Positions 53,923 through 63,641 are shown, counted from the stretch's first letter. The stretch is 64,000 bases of DNA from an uncultured Verrucomicrobiae bacterium (GCA_963802515.1 CAWDIX010000002.1:566857-630856); one strand, 5' to 3'. Translations and numbers: made by a program. The notes: a model not told the origin generated them from the letters alone.

Positions 53923-54069
53923 GTCAGAACGTGAACAATAGCAGAGAATCGGGCGGGAACAAGCCGTGAGGCGTAGTTGAGAGGTTTGCTCCAACCAAAC
54001 CCAACGGCGCGTGATCGGAGGCAAAGTGCGTTTGGTTTGGACGTGGCGGAGGGGCGGCTCAAAAAAACT

Positions 54070-54097
54070 GGTAACCATTCGCTTCCAACACGTCAGG
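54070..54097 (+). promoter_or_regulatory. ECF-type promoter candidate GGTAACC-N14-CGTCAGG upstream of the sigma gene
   Basis: GGTAACC at 54070-54076 and CGTCAGG at 54091-54097, 30 nt before the ATG at 54127. The same bipartite motif recurs at 54890-54917. Confidence 0.5.
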
Positions 54098-54126
54098 CAC
54101 CTGTGGCATGATTTGTCCAGATTCCG

Positions 54127-54879
54127 ATGACCGCTGAGCCGACACCACCGACGCCCTGTCACCCATTGCAGGGGGCGCCGGGCGAGGATTTTCGGACGAC
54201 GCGCTGGACACAGGTCAGCCGGGCGAAAGCCGACTCGCCGGAGGGTCGCCGCGCCCTGGCCGAATTATGCAACGCCTACTACGAACCGGTGGCCGCATTC
54301 CTCCGCTACGAGTTGCGCGACGCGGATGCCGCGCGCGAACTCGCGCACGACTTCTTCGCCCACATGCTGGCGGGCGGGGCCATCGCCCGCGCCGAGCAGG
54401 AGCGCGGCCGGTTCCGTTCCTACCTGCTCGGTGCGGTGAAGCATTTTCTCTCGCATCAACGCGAGGCGCTGCAGCGGCTTAAACGCGGCGGCGGCGTGGA
54501 AACCATTTCGCTGAATGAAACCGAAGCCCGTTCAGTGCCGGATGCCGGCGTGTTGTCGCCCGACGCCGCCTTTGACCGGCAATGGGCGCTGACGGTGGTG
54601 GCACACGCGCTGGAAGCGCTCCGATGCGAATGCGTCGCTGAAGGGCGCGCGGATTTCTTCGAACTGGTCAAACCGTGGCTCACCGGCGACGCCGCGCGCG
54701 GCGACCAGGCGGCGCTGGCGGCCGGTCGCGGCATGAACGCGAACGCGCTGAAGGTCGCAGTGCATCGCTTGAAGCGGCGTTTCCGCCAGTTGCTGAAGGC
54801 GGAAGTTGCCGGCACACTCGACGACCCCGGCCTGGTCGAGGCCGAGATGCGCGCTCTGTTCGCCGCCCTGGGAAGTTGA
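54127..54879 (+). CDS. ECF sigma factor of the kinase-associated type
   Basis: TTRWTQVSRAKADSPEGRRALAELCNAYYEPVAAFLRY...LAHDFFAHML, with region 4-like ALKVAVHRLKRRFRQLL. It lies directly upstream of a Ser/Thr kinase gene. Confidence 0.85.
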   Translation: MTAEPTPPTPCHPLQGAPGEDFRTTRWTQVSRAKADSPEGRRALAELCNAYYEPVAAFLRYELRDADAARELAHDFFAHMLAGGAIARAEQERGRFRSYLLGAVKHFLSHQREALQRLKRGGGVETISLNETEARSVPDAGVLSPDAAFDRQWALTVVAHALEALRCECVAEGRADFFELVKPWLTGDAARGDQAALAAGRGMNANALKVAVHRLKRRFRQLLKAEVAGTLDDPGLVEAEMRALFAALGS

Positions 54880-54889
54880 GAAAAATGTC

Positions 54890-54917
54890 GGTAACCAAAC
54901 CACGTCGCCACGTCAGG
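54890..54917 (+). promoter_or_regulatory. second copy of GGTAACC-N14-CGTCAGG, 8 nt upstream of the kinase ATG
   Basis: GGTAACC at 54890-54896 and CGTCAGG at 54911-54917, with the kinase ATG at 54925. This would give a nearly leaderless transcript. Confidence 0.45.
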
Positions 54918-54924
54918 ACACAGT

Positions 54925-57900
54925 ATGAGCGAGACAAAGGCATCTTCGAATTCCTGTCCCAAATGCGGTGCGGTACTGCCTTCGGCCGCCACGGCCGGCC
55001 TGTGCCCGCGCTGCCTGATGGCCGAGGCGATGGCGCCGACGCAAGTTGACGCGGAACCGGCCGCGGCGCGGCAAACGCTTGCGCCGGCCGAACTCGCGCC
55101 ATTTTTTCCACAGCTGGAAATCCTCGAATGCCTCGGCCGCGGCGGCATGGGCGTGGTGTACAAGGCCCGGCAAAAAACCTTGAACCGTTTCGTCGCGCTG
55201 AAGCTGCTGGCGCCGGAGCGCGTGCGCGACACGCAGTTTGCCGAGCGCTTCACGCGCGAGGCGCAGGCGCTGGCCGCGCTGAGCCATCCGAACATCGTCA
55301 CCATTTACGACTTCGGCCAGGCAGGCGGGTTCTATTTCCTGCTCATGGAATTCGTGGACGGCGTGAATCTGCGCCAGCTCTTGCGCATGCGAAAGTTCAC
55401 GCCGGAAGAGGCGCTGGCCATCGTGCCGCCGCTGTGCGACGCGCTGCAACTGGCCCATGACCGTGGCATTGTCCACCGCGACATCAAGCCAGAGAACCTG
55501 CTGCTCGACAAAGACGGCCGCGTGAAGGTCGCCGATTTTGGCATCGCCAAAATGCTGGGGGCGGTGGACGCCGGCCGGGGCAGCGGAGCCTCTGCGCCGG
55601 GAACCACCACGCAAACCGCCGTGGGCACGCCCGGCTACAGCGCGCCCGAACAGAAGACCGATCCGCAGCGCGTGGACAGCCGGGCCGACATTTATTCGCT
55701 CGGCGTCGTTTTTTACGAAATGCTCACCGGCGAACTGCCCGGCAAACGCATCGAACCGCCATCGGCCCACATGGGCGGGATTCAAATTGACGTGCGTCTG
55801 GATGAAATCGTCCTGCGTGCCCTGGAGCGGGAACCGGAACGCCGTTACCAGACCGCCGGCGAACTCAAGACGGTCATCGAAACCGTGGTCGCTGAGACCC
55901 TGAAGCACGCCGGCGTCGGGAGCTTCGCGCCGGGGACCGGGCCCCGGGGAACAGCCGTGCTGTCGGCGCCACGCTGGTCACGCGCCGCCATTGCGGGTGC
56001 AGTGGGAATCGGATGCTTCCTGGTCGTGATGTTGTTGTGGATCATGGATTGGCCCGTATCCAGCGACCCCAGCTTCGGCCACACACTCCCCCAAATCCTG
56101 TTTCTCGACGCCGTGCTGCCCGCCGGCCTGATGGCTGTGCTGGCCGGCACGATTCTGGGGTGGATCGCCGTGGCCCGTATCCGCCGTTCGGCGGGCCGGA
56201 TCCGCGGCCTGAGATTGGCGGCTTTCGACGGGCTGTTCCTGCCGTTGCTGACGGTGGATTTCTTTATGCTGATCGTATGGGCTGTCGCGGTCAAAGCGTT
56301 GGCGGCCCACCGGGGTTTGGGCGGCTCGATGTTCCAAAACCTTTCGGACTTCGCGGCTTTCACGCTGCTGCTGGGACTGGTGGCCGGGTGGGTGGACTAT
56401 CTGATAATCCGGCCGGTCTGGCGAGCGATCAGCCGGAGCGCCGGCGGCGTCGCGCCAGACTCAGGCGCGCACACAGAGCGCAACCTGCGCTGGCTGGCTG
56501 TGGCGCTGGGTTTGATGGTTATTATCCTGCTGCCGGCTTACATGATGTTGAATGAAACCAGCCGCAAGGCCCGCTACGGCTGGGCCGCCGAAGCGGGAAT
56601 AGAGCTGAATTACCAGGTATTCGAAGCGGACGCGGCTCTGGTGGACCAACGGGTACCCTTTGACGTGCGTGAGCCGGGCAACGCGCTTTCCAGCGCCGGA
56701 ACCTACACCTTGGCGCCGACGTACACCGCGGTGGCTCAAATGGCGGAAATCGACGGCGCCATCCTGAGCGCCCTGCAGCAACCTGCCGCCACCAATTCCG
56801 GCCTCCTGGTCAATGCCACCAAAAAGGGAGAAAGCCTCTATCAGTGGAGATCGGACGCCTGGAGCTACAAGACCGATCAGGCCAGCGGCAAAGGGCAAGG
56901 CTTTTGCGGCATGGGCCGCGACCGGCAGTCGGTCAGATTCCGGATACGCTACCAGGTCAGCCATATTGTTGGCGGCAATGCGCGGCACCCGGTCACCGCG
57001 GAGATCTCCTACGATGGCCCAACGCCGCCCATGGGAAAAGCGCGCGCCTTCTTCATCCCATTCGGCCGCGACCAGCAGGCCAAATATCTGGTTATCGTGT
57101 TTACAGCCAAAGCGGCTTCCAAGGGCACGGCCTCGGAACCACCGCCGGCAGGCCCGGTGGAGTTGAAATGGAAAGCGCCAGCAGGTCCCGCCGACAGCCG
57201 AGTCATTGTCGAAGGCAAGGGATGGGGAGGTTTCAACGTTGGGGCCACGCGCGAGGAACTTATCAAAGCCCTCGGCCAGCCCGACAACGATTCGGATAAT
57301 CACTGGATGAAGTGGGACCAGATCCACGTGGATTGCCTCGTCGATGATGCCCGCGGCGCCTTCGAACTGCGGTTCGACGAAGGCTTTCCGGGACTTACCA
57401 CTGCGGGGATTGGGATTGGCTCTCACCTCAAAGACGCCCTGGCCGCCTACGGCGAACCGAGTTCGCAGAAGAACGTCGGAAGCGCGAAGAAAGCGCTCTG
57501 GTTCTCCAAAGGCATCCTGATCTGGTTTCACGAGGATAGGGCGGCGCAGATCGTCGTGTTTCCGAAAACAGAACAACAGTCCTCCATCGTCACGCCGCCG
57601 ACAGGCCCGGTGGAGTTGAAATTAAAATGGCCGCCGGTGGGCGAGCGCGTGGTGTTCGACGTGGAAATAAAACGAAACGGCGAGTATCTCTACCCGGGCC
57701 AGCCCGATCGCCAGCAGGAGGACCTTACCCTGGCAAAGAAATATGGGTTGACGGTGTTGCAGGCAACCCCCGGAGGCGGACATGAAGTGGAACTGGAGTT
57801 CCTCAGCATCCGGGATCGGATTGCCCTGGGAGGCCACACGATGCTGGATTACGATTCGACCCAAAAATCATCGGCGTCCAGGACGAACTCGCTGACCGAT

Positions 57901-58827
57901 TTATTTGGAAAAGTTGTCGGCTCCAAAATCCGGTATTTCCTGAATGCCAGCAACGAGGTCGAGCGAATGGAAGGCGTTGATGAACTGGAGCAACGGCTTT
58001 CGTCCGGCCTGTCGGCGAAAGCTTCCGCATTTTCCAGGATTCAGTTTAACGAAGGGAATCTCAAGCAGCTGATGAGCGGGCTGCACCTTTACCTGCCTTC
58101 CAAGGCGGTGCAACCGGGCGACACCTGGCCGGTTCAGACGGAGATGGCCATGGGCCCCCTCGGTACGGCGAGCATTGATCACACGGTTACTTTTCGAAAT
58201 TGGGAACAGCACTGGAAGCGCAACTGCGCCCGCCTGGAGTTTCAGGGAACCATGAAAACCAAACCCGGTCCTAATTCAAATCCGGCGGGTACATCCGCTT
58301 CCACCCTCGAGGGCACCGGTTCGGGTGTGGCCTGGTTCGACCCGGAACTGGGGATGGTCATTGAGACTGCCGCGAACACTGACATGAAAATGGTCATAAA
58401 CAATATGCCCAATCAGAGTGGAAACCCGGACGCCTCCGGACTGCCGCCAGGCACGATTTACCAAACGCACGATGCCGACAATGCGACCCTTCTCCAGCAC
58501 TATGTCCTCGAAGCGCCAGCCGCGAGCGCCGGCATCGGCATCATTTTCGACATGGGCGGAAAAAACATCACTATTGGCGGCATCGTTCCGGACTCGCCTG
58601 CCGCCGCTCAAGAGGACATCCATGTCGGTGACCGGATCATCGCCGTGGCCCAAGACACCGGGCCGGCGCTGCCGGTTCACGGCGGGCAGCTCGCACAGGC
58701 GATCGCTTTGATTCGAGGTTCCGCGGGCACCACGGTCCGTCTGACGCTTGTTTCTGCTGGAGAAGACGACTCCCACGCCCGGGTTGTCAGTTTGGTGCGT
58801 ACGGAACTGAAAGCGCCGCCTCCCTGA
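54925..58827 (+). CDS. Ser/Thr protein kinase with N-terminal Zn-ribbon-like CxxC pairs, TM segments, large extracytoplasmic region and C-terminal PDZ domain
   Basis: CPKCG...CPRCL, then LGRGGMGVVYKA...VALKLL, HRDIKPENLLL, DFGIAK and GTPGYSAPE. Hydrophobic segments lie around aa 350-520. C-terminal PDZ-like: GIGIIFDMGGKNITIGGIVPDSPAAAQEDIHVGDRIIAV. Confidence 0.9.
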   Translation: MSETKASSNSCPKCGAVLPSAATAGLCPRCLMAEAMAPTQVDAEPAAARQTLAPAELAPFFPQLEILECLGRGGMGVVYKARQKTLNRFVALKLLAPERVRDTQFAERFTREAQALAALSHPNIVTIYDFGQAGGFYFLLMEFVDGVNLRQLLRMRKFTPEEALAIVPPLCDALQLAHDRGIVHRDIKPENLLLDKDGRVKVADFGIAKMLGAVDAGRGSGASAPGTTTQTAVGTPGYSAPEQKTDPQRVDSRADIYSLGVVFYEMLTGELPGKRIEPPSAHMGGIQIDVRLDEIVLRALEREPERRYQTAGELKTVIETVVAETLKHAGVGSFAPGTGPRGTAVLSAPRWSRAAIAGAVGIGCFLVVMLLWIMDWPVSSDPSFGHTLPQILFLDAVLPAGLMAVLAGTILGWIAVARIRRSAGRIRGLRLAAFDGLFLPLLTVDFFMLIVWAVAVKALAAHRGLGGSMFQNLSDFAAFTLLLGLVAGWVDYLIIRPVWRAISRSAGGVAPDSGAHTERNLRWLAVALGLMVIILLPAYMMLNETSRKARYGWAAEAGIELNYQVFEADAALVDQRVPFDVREPGNALSSAGTYTLAPTYTAVAQMAEIDGAILSALQQPAATNSGLLVNATKKGESLYQWRSDAWSYKTDQASGKGQGFCGMGRDRQSVRFRIRYQVSHIVGGNARHPVTAEISYDGPTPPMGKARAFFIPFGRDQQAKYLVIVFTAKAASKGTASEPPPAGPVELKWKAPAGPADSRVIVEGKGWGGFNVGATREELIKALGQPDNDSDNHWMKWDQIHVDCLVDDARGAFELRFDEGFPGLTTAGIGIGSHLKDALAAYGEPSSQKNVGSAKKALWFSKGILIWFHEDRAAQIVVFPKTEQQSSIVTPPTGPVELKLKWPPVGERVVFDVEIKRNGEYLYPGQPDRQQEDLTLAKKYGLTVLQATPGGGHEVELEFLSIRDRIALGGHTMLDYDSTQKSSASRTNSLTDLFGKVVGSKIRYFLNASNEVERMEGVDELEQRLSSGLSAKASAFSRIQFNEGNLKQLMSGLHLYLPSKAVQPGDTWPVQTEMAMGPLGTASIDHTVTFRNWEQHWKRNCARLEFQGTMKTKPGPNSNPAGTSASTLEGTGSGVAWFDPELGMVIETAANTDMKMVINNMPNQSGNPDASGLPPGTIYQTHDADNATLLQHYVLEAPAASAGIGIIFDMGGKNITIGGIVPDSPAAAQEDIHVGDRIIAVAQDTGPALPVHGGQLAQAIALIRGSAGTTVRLTLVSAGEDDSHARVVSLVRTELKAPPP

Positions 58828-58948
58828 TTGGCACACGATAACTTGGACAGCAAAGAGTCAGTCCCGGCTAGTCCACTGGTGTGGCCAATCCCGGGCTGAA
58901 TGATTTCAATCCCGTTGGGATTGCCGGAAAGCAACGGCTCCAAATAAA

Positions 58949-60613
58949 TCATTCCCGCGCCGTCTGCACCGGCAGCGCGGAGAGCGGCACGCGGCCGTTG
59001 GTTTTGGTGAAATATTCCGCCGACCATTCGTCGGCAAACAGCACGACGGGATTTTTGCCGGTGTCGTAGGCGACCCGCGCACCGGTCGGCAGCGACAGGG
59101 CGTCGAGATCATCTTCCTTCATGTCCACCGGCAGCCAGCGGACGACGGTCCACGGGGCGGATTCGAGGCGCGAGACCGCACCGTATTCGTGTTCGAGCCG
59201 GAATTGCACCACCTCGAACTGCAACGGGCCGACGGCGGCGAGCAAAGGCGTTTTGACCGACGAATTGCGAAGGTAAAGTGCCTGAATAACTCCTTCCTGC
59301 ATCAACTGGTCCAGGCCCTGGCGGAATTGCTTGAACTTCGCCGTGTTCGGATTGTGCAGATAGCTGAAGGCCTCGGGCGTGAAGCGCGGGATTTCCTTGT
59401 AAACGATTTTGGGATCGGTCGTGAGGGTATCGCCGATGCCGAAACTGTCGTGACCGACGAGGCCGATGACGTCGCCCGGCCAGGCTTCGTCCACGATTTC
59501 GCGTTCATTGCCGAAAAGTTTGTGGGAGCTGGAGAGGCGCACCTTCTTTTCCGACCGCGAATGATGCACCGTCATGTCGCGTTCGAACTTGCCCGAACAG
59601 ACACGAACGAACGCGATGCGGTCGCGATGCCGCGGGTCCATGTTCGCCTGAATCTTGAAGATGAAACCGGAGAAGGCGGGGTGTTCGGGACTGATAAAGT
59701 TTGGAGTTCCGCCTTCAGGCGGATTTGAATTTGCACGTTTTCCATTCGCCGGGCCGCCTGAAGGCGGAACTCTGAACCTGCCGCGCGGTCCGGGCGCGTG
59801 TTTCAGGAACCCGTCGAGCAAAAGCTGGACGCCGAAATTATTGAGGGCGCTGCCGAAGAACACCGGGGTCGTTCTTTCCGCAAGCACGGCGACGTCATCC
59901 CACTCGTGCCCGGCGTGTTCGAGCATTTCAAGTTCCTCGACCGTCCGGCGAAAGGTTTCGTCATCAAGTTGACCGCGCACGGCGGGATCATCCAGTCCGC
60001 CGACCTGCACCGGGGCGCGATACTGGCCGCCCGTCGTGCGTTCGAAGAGATGCATCAGCTTCGTCTGCCGGTCATACACGCCCTGAAACTCGAAGCCGTT
60101 GCCGATGGGCCAGTTCACCGGGAAAGCGCCGATGCCGAGCACGCGTTCCAGTTCATCGAGTAGCGCGAGCGGGTCCTTCATCGGGCGGTCGCACTTGTTC
60201 ATGAAGGTGAAGATGGGCACGCCGCGCTGGCGGCAAACCTCGAACAGTTTGCGTGTCTGCGGTTCGATGCCCTTGGCCGAGTCAATCACCATCACCACCG
60301 AATCCACGGCGGTGAGCACCCGGTAGGTGTCTTCGGAAAAATCCTTGTGGCCCGGCGTGTCGAGCAGGTTGAGACGGTAACCGCTGTAATCGAATTGAAG
60401 GACCGTGGAACTGATCGAAATGCCGCGTTTTTTCTCCAGCTCCATCCAGTCGGACGTGGTGGCGGCCTGGTTCCGGCGCGCGGTGACCGAGCCGGCGAGC
60501 TGCACCGCGCCGCCATACAGCAACAGCTTTTCCGTCAGCGTGGTTTTGCCCGCGTCCGGATGCGAGATGATGGCGAACGTGCGCCGTTTCTGGATTTCTT
60601 CCGCAATGCTCAC
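58949..60613 (-). CDS. prfC: peptide chain release factor 3 (carrying an in-frame repeat insertion)
   Basis: RRTFAIISHPDAGKTTLTEKLL...DTPGHKDFSEDT...FMNKCDR...FIFKIQANMDPRHRDRIAFVRV. The GTG at 60613 is preferred over the TTG at 60652. Confidence 0.92.
   Translation of the reverse strand: MSIAEEIQKRRTFAIISHPDAGKTTLTEKLLLYGGAVQLAGSVTARRNQAATTSDWMELEKKRGISISSTVLQFDYSGYRLNLLDTPGHKDFSEDTYRVLTAVDSVVMVIDSAKGIEPQTRKLFEVCRQRGVPIFTFMNKCDRPMKDPLALLDELERVLGIGAFPVNWPIGNGFEFQGVYDRQTKLMHLFERTTGGQYRAPVQVGGLDDPAVRGQLDDETFRRTVEELEMLEHAGHEWDDVAVLAERTTPVFFGSALNNFGVQLLLDGFLKHAPGPRGRFRVPPSGGPANGKRANSNPPEGGTPNFISPEHPAFSGFIFKIQANMDPRHRDRIAFVRVCSGKFERDMTVHHSRSEKKVRLSSSHKLFGNEREIVDEAWPGDVIGLVGHDSFGIGDTLTTDPKIVYKEIPRFTPEAFSYLHNPNTAKFKQFRQGLDQLMQEGVIQALYLRNSSVKTPLLAAVGPLQFEVVQFRLEHEYGAVSRLESAPWTVVRWLPVDMKEDDLDALSLPTGARVAYDTGKNPVVLFADEWSAEYFTKTNGRVPLSALPVQTARE
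59699..59777. repeat. family P1 palindromic element inside prfC
   Basis: gtttggagttccgccttcaggcgga ... gccgcctgaaggcggaactctgaac. On the minus strand it is translated in frame as ...[27 protein letters not shown]... Confidence 0.85.
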
Positions 60614-60766
60614 AAGAGCCGTAAACGATAACAGAGAATCAGGCCGGAACAAGGTTTGGATTTTGGCGATCGAACTTCATTTTAACCACGGATAACACGG
60701 ATGAACGCGGATTCAGTTCAACGAAACATGCAATTATAGCGGTTTAACTAAAACCGTGGCCGTCGG

Positions 60767-60840
60767 AGGAGCGCGGGCTTCAGCCCGCTTCGACGTGAAT
60801 TTCATGGAGGACAATGAAGCGGCGTGAACGCCGCGCTCCT
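60767..60840. repeat. intergenic palindromic element (outer stem AGGAGCGCG/CGCGCTCCT, two inner GC hairpins)
   Basis: aggagcgcgggcttcagcccgc ... gcggcgtgaacgccgcgctcct. It has the same two-hairpin-in-a-stem architecture as family P1. Confidence 0.75.
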
Positions 60841-60989
60841 GAAAAACGGCTACAGTATTTCACAATTTGCTCTAGTATTTAAGTCGACACCTGACCCTGA
60901 CCCTCTTCCCGATCGAGGCGGAGAGGGAACAGCGTTAGTGTGGTTCGTGTATTTTGCGGTTCAACTCGGCTTCTCCGCGACGCTGCGGT

Positions 60990-63641
60990 TTATATCTTCT
61001 CAAACACCAATTCGTCCCCTTTGGCGTTGACCTTGATTTTGTCCCCCGGCTTGAACTCGCCTTCGAGCAGGCGCATCGAAAGCGGGTTGAGGATTCGTTC
61101 CTGCACGGCGCGTTTGAGCGGGCGGGCGCCGAATTGCGGGTCGTATCCTTCCTTCGCCAGCAGCTTCTTCGCCGCGGCGTCCACGTCGAGCGTGAGATTT
61201 TGTTGCGCCAGCCGTTCCTTGAGTCTTCCCAGTTGGATGTCCACGATGCGCTCAATTTCGCTTTCGTCGAGGCTCTGGAAAATGATGACGTCGTCCACCC
61301 GGTTCAGGAATTCCGGCCGGAAATGCCGTTTCAACTCGGCCATAATGCGGTCGTGCAATTCGTTCGGAGTTCCGCCTTTAGGCGGTTTGTCCGAACCACG
61401 ACGACCCGATTCCGCCTGAAGGCGGGACTCCAAACTTTCTTGAATCAGGTGCGAGCCGAGGTTGCTGGTCATGATGACGATGGTGTTCTTGAAATCCACC
61501 GTCCTCCCCTGCCCGTCGGTGAGCCGGCCATCATCCAACACCTGCAACAGCACGTTGAACACGTCGTGATGCGCCTTCTCAATTTCGTCGAACAACACCA
61601 CCGAATATGGCCGGCGGCGCACCGCCTCGCTCAACTGCCCGCCTTCCTCGTAACCGACATAGCCCGGCGGCGCGCCAATGAGCCGCGCGACGGTGTGTTT
61701 CTCCATGTATTCGCTCATATCAATGCGAATCATCGCGTTTTCGTCGTCGAACAAAAATTCCGCCAGCGCGCGGGCGGTCTCGGTCTTGCCGACGCCGGTC
61801 GGGCCGAGAAAGATGAACGAGCCGATGGGCCGGTTCGGGTCCTGCAATCCGCTCCGCGCCCGGCGCACGGCGTCGGACACGGCCTTGATGGCTTCTTTCT
61901 GGCCGACCACGCGCTGCGCGAGCCGTTCCTCCATCTTCACCAGCTTTTGCCGCTCGCCCTCGAGCATCCGCGAAACCGGGATGTGCGTCCATGACGCCAC
62001 AACCTTGGCAATATCCTCGTCCGTGACTTCCTGGCGGAGCAAGCTGCTCCTGCCACCTGCAGGCGAGACGCCTGCACCACTACTTTCCAGCTTCACGAGT
62101 TTCTTTTCCAAATCGGGAATCTTGCCGTATTGAATTTCCGCCGACTTCGTCAAATCGCCTTTGCGTTGCGCCTGTTCCAGTTCGAGTTTTGCCTGCTCGA
62201 GTTGCGATTGCACCACACTCACGGCATTGACGGCGGCCTTTTCATTCTGCCATTGGGCGGTGAGCGCCTTGGACTTGTCCTTGAGATTGGCAGTTTCCTT
62301 GTCAATCAGCTTGAGCCGTTCCTTGCTGGCAGCGTCCTTTTCCTTGGCCAACGACGTGCGCTCGATTTCCAATTGCAAAATCTGCCGGTCCAACTGGTCG
62401 AGTTCAGTCGGCTTGGAATCCAGTTCCATTTTGATGCGCGACGCCGCCTCGTCCACGAGGTCAATCGCCTTGTCCGGGAGGAACCGGTCGGTGATGTAGC
62501 GATGGGACAACATCGCCGCCGCCACGAGCGCCGAATCCTGAATCCGCACGCCATGATGAACTTCGTATCGCTCCTTCAACCCGCGTAAAATTGCGATGGT
62601 CGCTTCGACGGTCGGCTCCTCCACCTTGACCGGCTGGAAACGGCGTTCGAGCGCCGGGTCTTTCTCGATGTGCTTGCGGTATTCGTCGAGCGTCGTCGCG
62701 CCCACGCAACGGAGTTCGCCGCGCGCGAGTTGCGGCTTCATGATATTGGCCGCGTCCGTCGCGCCTTCCGCCGCGCCAGCACCGACGATGGTGTGCAACT
62801 CGTCAATGAACAGAATGATTTTGCCTTCGCTGGCGACGATTTCCTTGAGAAACGCCTTGAGCCGGTCCTCGAATTCACCGCGATATTTGGCGCCGGCAAT
62901 CATCGCGCTCAGATCCATTGCCACCAGCCGCTTGTTCTTGAGCGATTCCGGCACGTCACCGCTCACGATGCGCCGCGCCAGGCCTTCGGCGATGGCGGTC
63001 TTGCCCACGCCGGGTTCACCGATCAACACCGGATTGTTTTTCGTGCGGCGCGTAAGCACCTGCATGACGCGGCGGATTTCCTCGTCACGGCCGATGACCG
63101 GGTCAATCTTGCCCTGCCGCGCCAGCGCGGTAAGGTCGCGGCCGTATTTGTCGAGCGCCTGAAATTTGGCTTCGGGATTTTCGTCGGTCACGCGCTGGTT
63201 GCCGCGCAATTCGGCGAGCGCCTTCAGTACGGCATCACGTTTCAAGCCGTGCCTGGCGAAAATCTTTTTCAGCGCCGAACCGCCGCCGTCCAGCAGGCCA
63301 AGCAGCAGATGTTCAGTACTGACATAATCGTCCTTGAGCTTGGTCGCCTCGGATTGCGCGGCATCGAGCGCCTTCTGCAAATCGCGGCCGGCGTAGGCAT
63401 CGCCGGCGCCCTGGACCTTGTGCCGGCGGGCGAGTTCGGCTTCCAACTCCGGTTTCAGCTTCGCGACCGGCACGCCGATGCGTTCGAGCAGGTCGGGGAT
63501 GAGGCTCTCGGTCTGCCCGATGAGCGCGAGCGCGAGATGTTCGCCGTCGAGTTCCTGATGCGAATGCTCGCGGGCGATGCGTTGCGCCTCCTGCAAGGCT
63601 TCCTGTGATTTGAGAGTAAGTTTCTCCGGTTGCATAACCAT
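60990..63641 (-). CDS. clpB: ATP-dependent chaperone/disaggregase ClpB (carrying an in-frame repeat insertion)
   Basis: [15 protein letters not shown] and [15 protein letters not shown] (two Walker A motifs), coiled-coil middle domain, [20 protein letters not shown]. The second ATG at 63635 may be the true start. Confidence 0.95.
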   Translation of the reverse strand: MVMQPEKLTLKSQEALQEAQRIAREHSHQELDGEHLALALIGQTESLIPDLLERIGVPVAKLKPELEAELARRHKVQGAGDAYAGRDLQKALDAAQSEATKLKDDYVSTEHLLLGLLDGGGSALKKIFARHGLKRDAVLKALAELRGNQRVTDENPEAKFQALDKYGRDLTALARQGKIDPVIGRDEEIRRVMQVLTRRTKNNPVLIGEPGVGKTAIAEGLARRIVSGDVPESLKNKRLVAMDLSAMIAGAKYRGEFEDRLKAFLKEIVASEGKIILFIDELHTIVGAGAAEGATDAANIMKPQLARGELRCVGATTLDEYRKHIEKDPALERRFQPVKVEEPTVEATIAILRGLKERYEVHHGVRIQDSALVAAAMLSHRYITDRFLPDKAIDLVDEAASRIKMELDSKPTELDQLDRQILQLEIERTSLAKEKDAASKERLKLIDKETANLKDKSKALTAQWQNEKAAVNAVSVVQSQLEQAKLELEQAQRKGDLTKSAEIQYGKIPDLEKKLVKLESSGAGVSPAGGRSSLLRQEVTDEDIAKVVASWTHIPVSRMLEGERQKLVKMEERLAQRVVGQKEAIKAVSDAVRRARSGLQDPNRPIGSFIFLGPTGVGKTETARALAEFLFDDENAMIRIDMSEYMEKHTVARLIGAPPGYVGYEEGGQLSEAVRRRPYSVVLFDEIEKAHHDVFNVLLQVLDDGRLTDGQGRTVDFKNTIVIMTSNLGSHLIQESLESRLQAESGRRGSDKPPKGGTPNELHDRIMAELKRHFRPEFLNRVDDVIIFQSLDESEIERIVDIQLGRLKERLAQQNLTLDVDAAAKKLLAKEGYDPQFGARPLKRAVQERILNPLSMRLLEGEFKPGDKIKVNAKGDELVFEKI
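61366..61435. repeat. family P1 palindromic element inside clpB
   Basis: ggagttccgcctttaggcgg - tttgtccgaaccacgacgacccgatt - ccgcctgaaggcgggactccaaac. On the minus strand it is translated in frame as ...[23 protein letters not shown]... Confidence 0.85.

Noticed and set aside
52357-53934. 525-aa plus-strand ORF.
   Set aside because: It is antisense to the ABC-F ATPase, which has both Walker A and both signature motifs on the minus strand.
54456-57576. Minus-strand ORFs 54456..55304, 54913..55908 and 56461..57576.
   Set aside because: They are antisense to the ECF sigma and Ser/Thr kinase genes.
60954-63608. Plus-strand ORFs 60954..61994, 62130..62588, 62596..63162 and 62670..63608.
   Set aside because: They are antisense to clpB.
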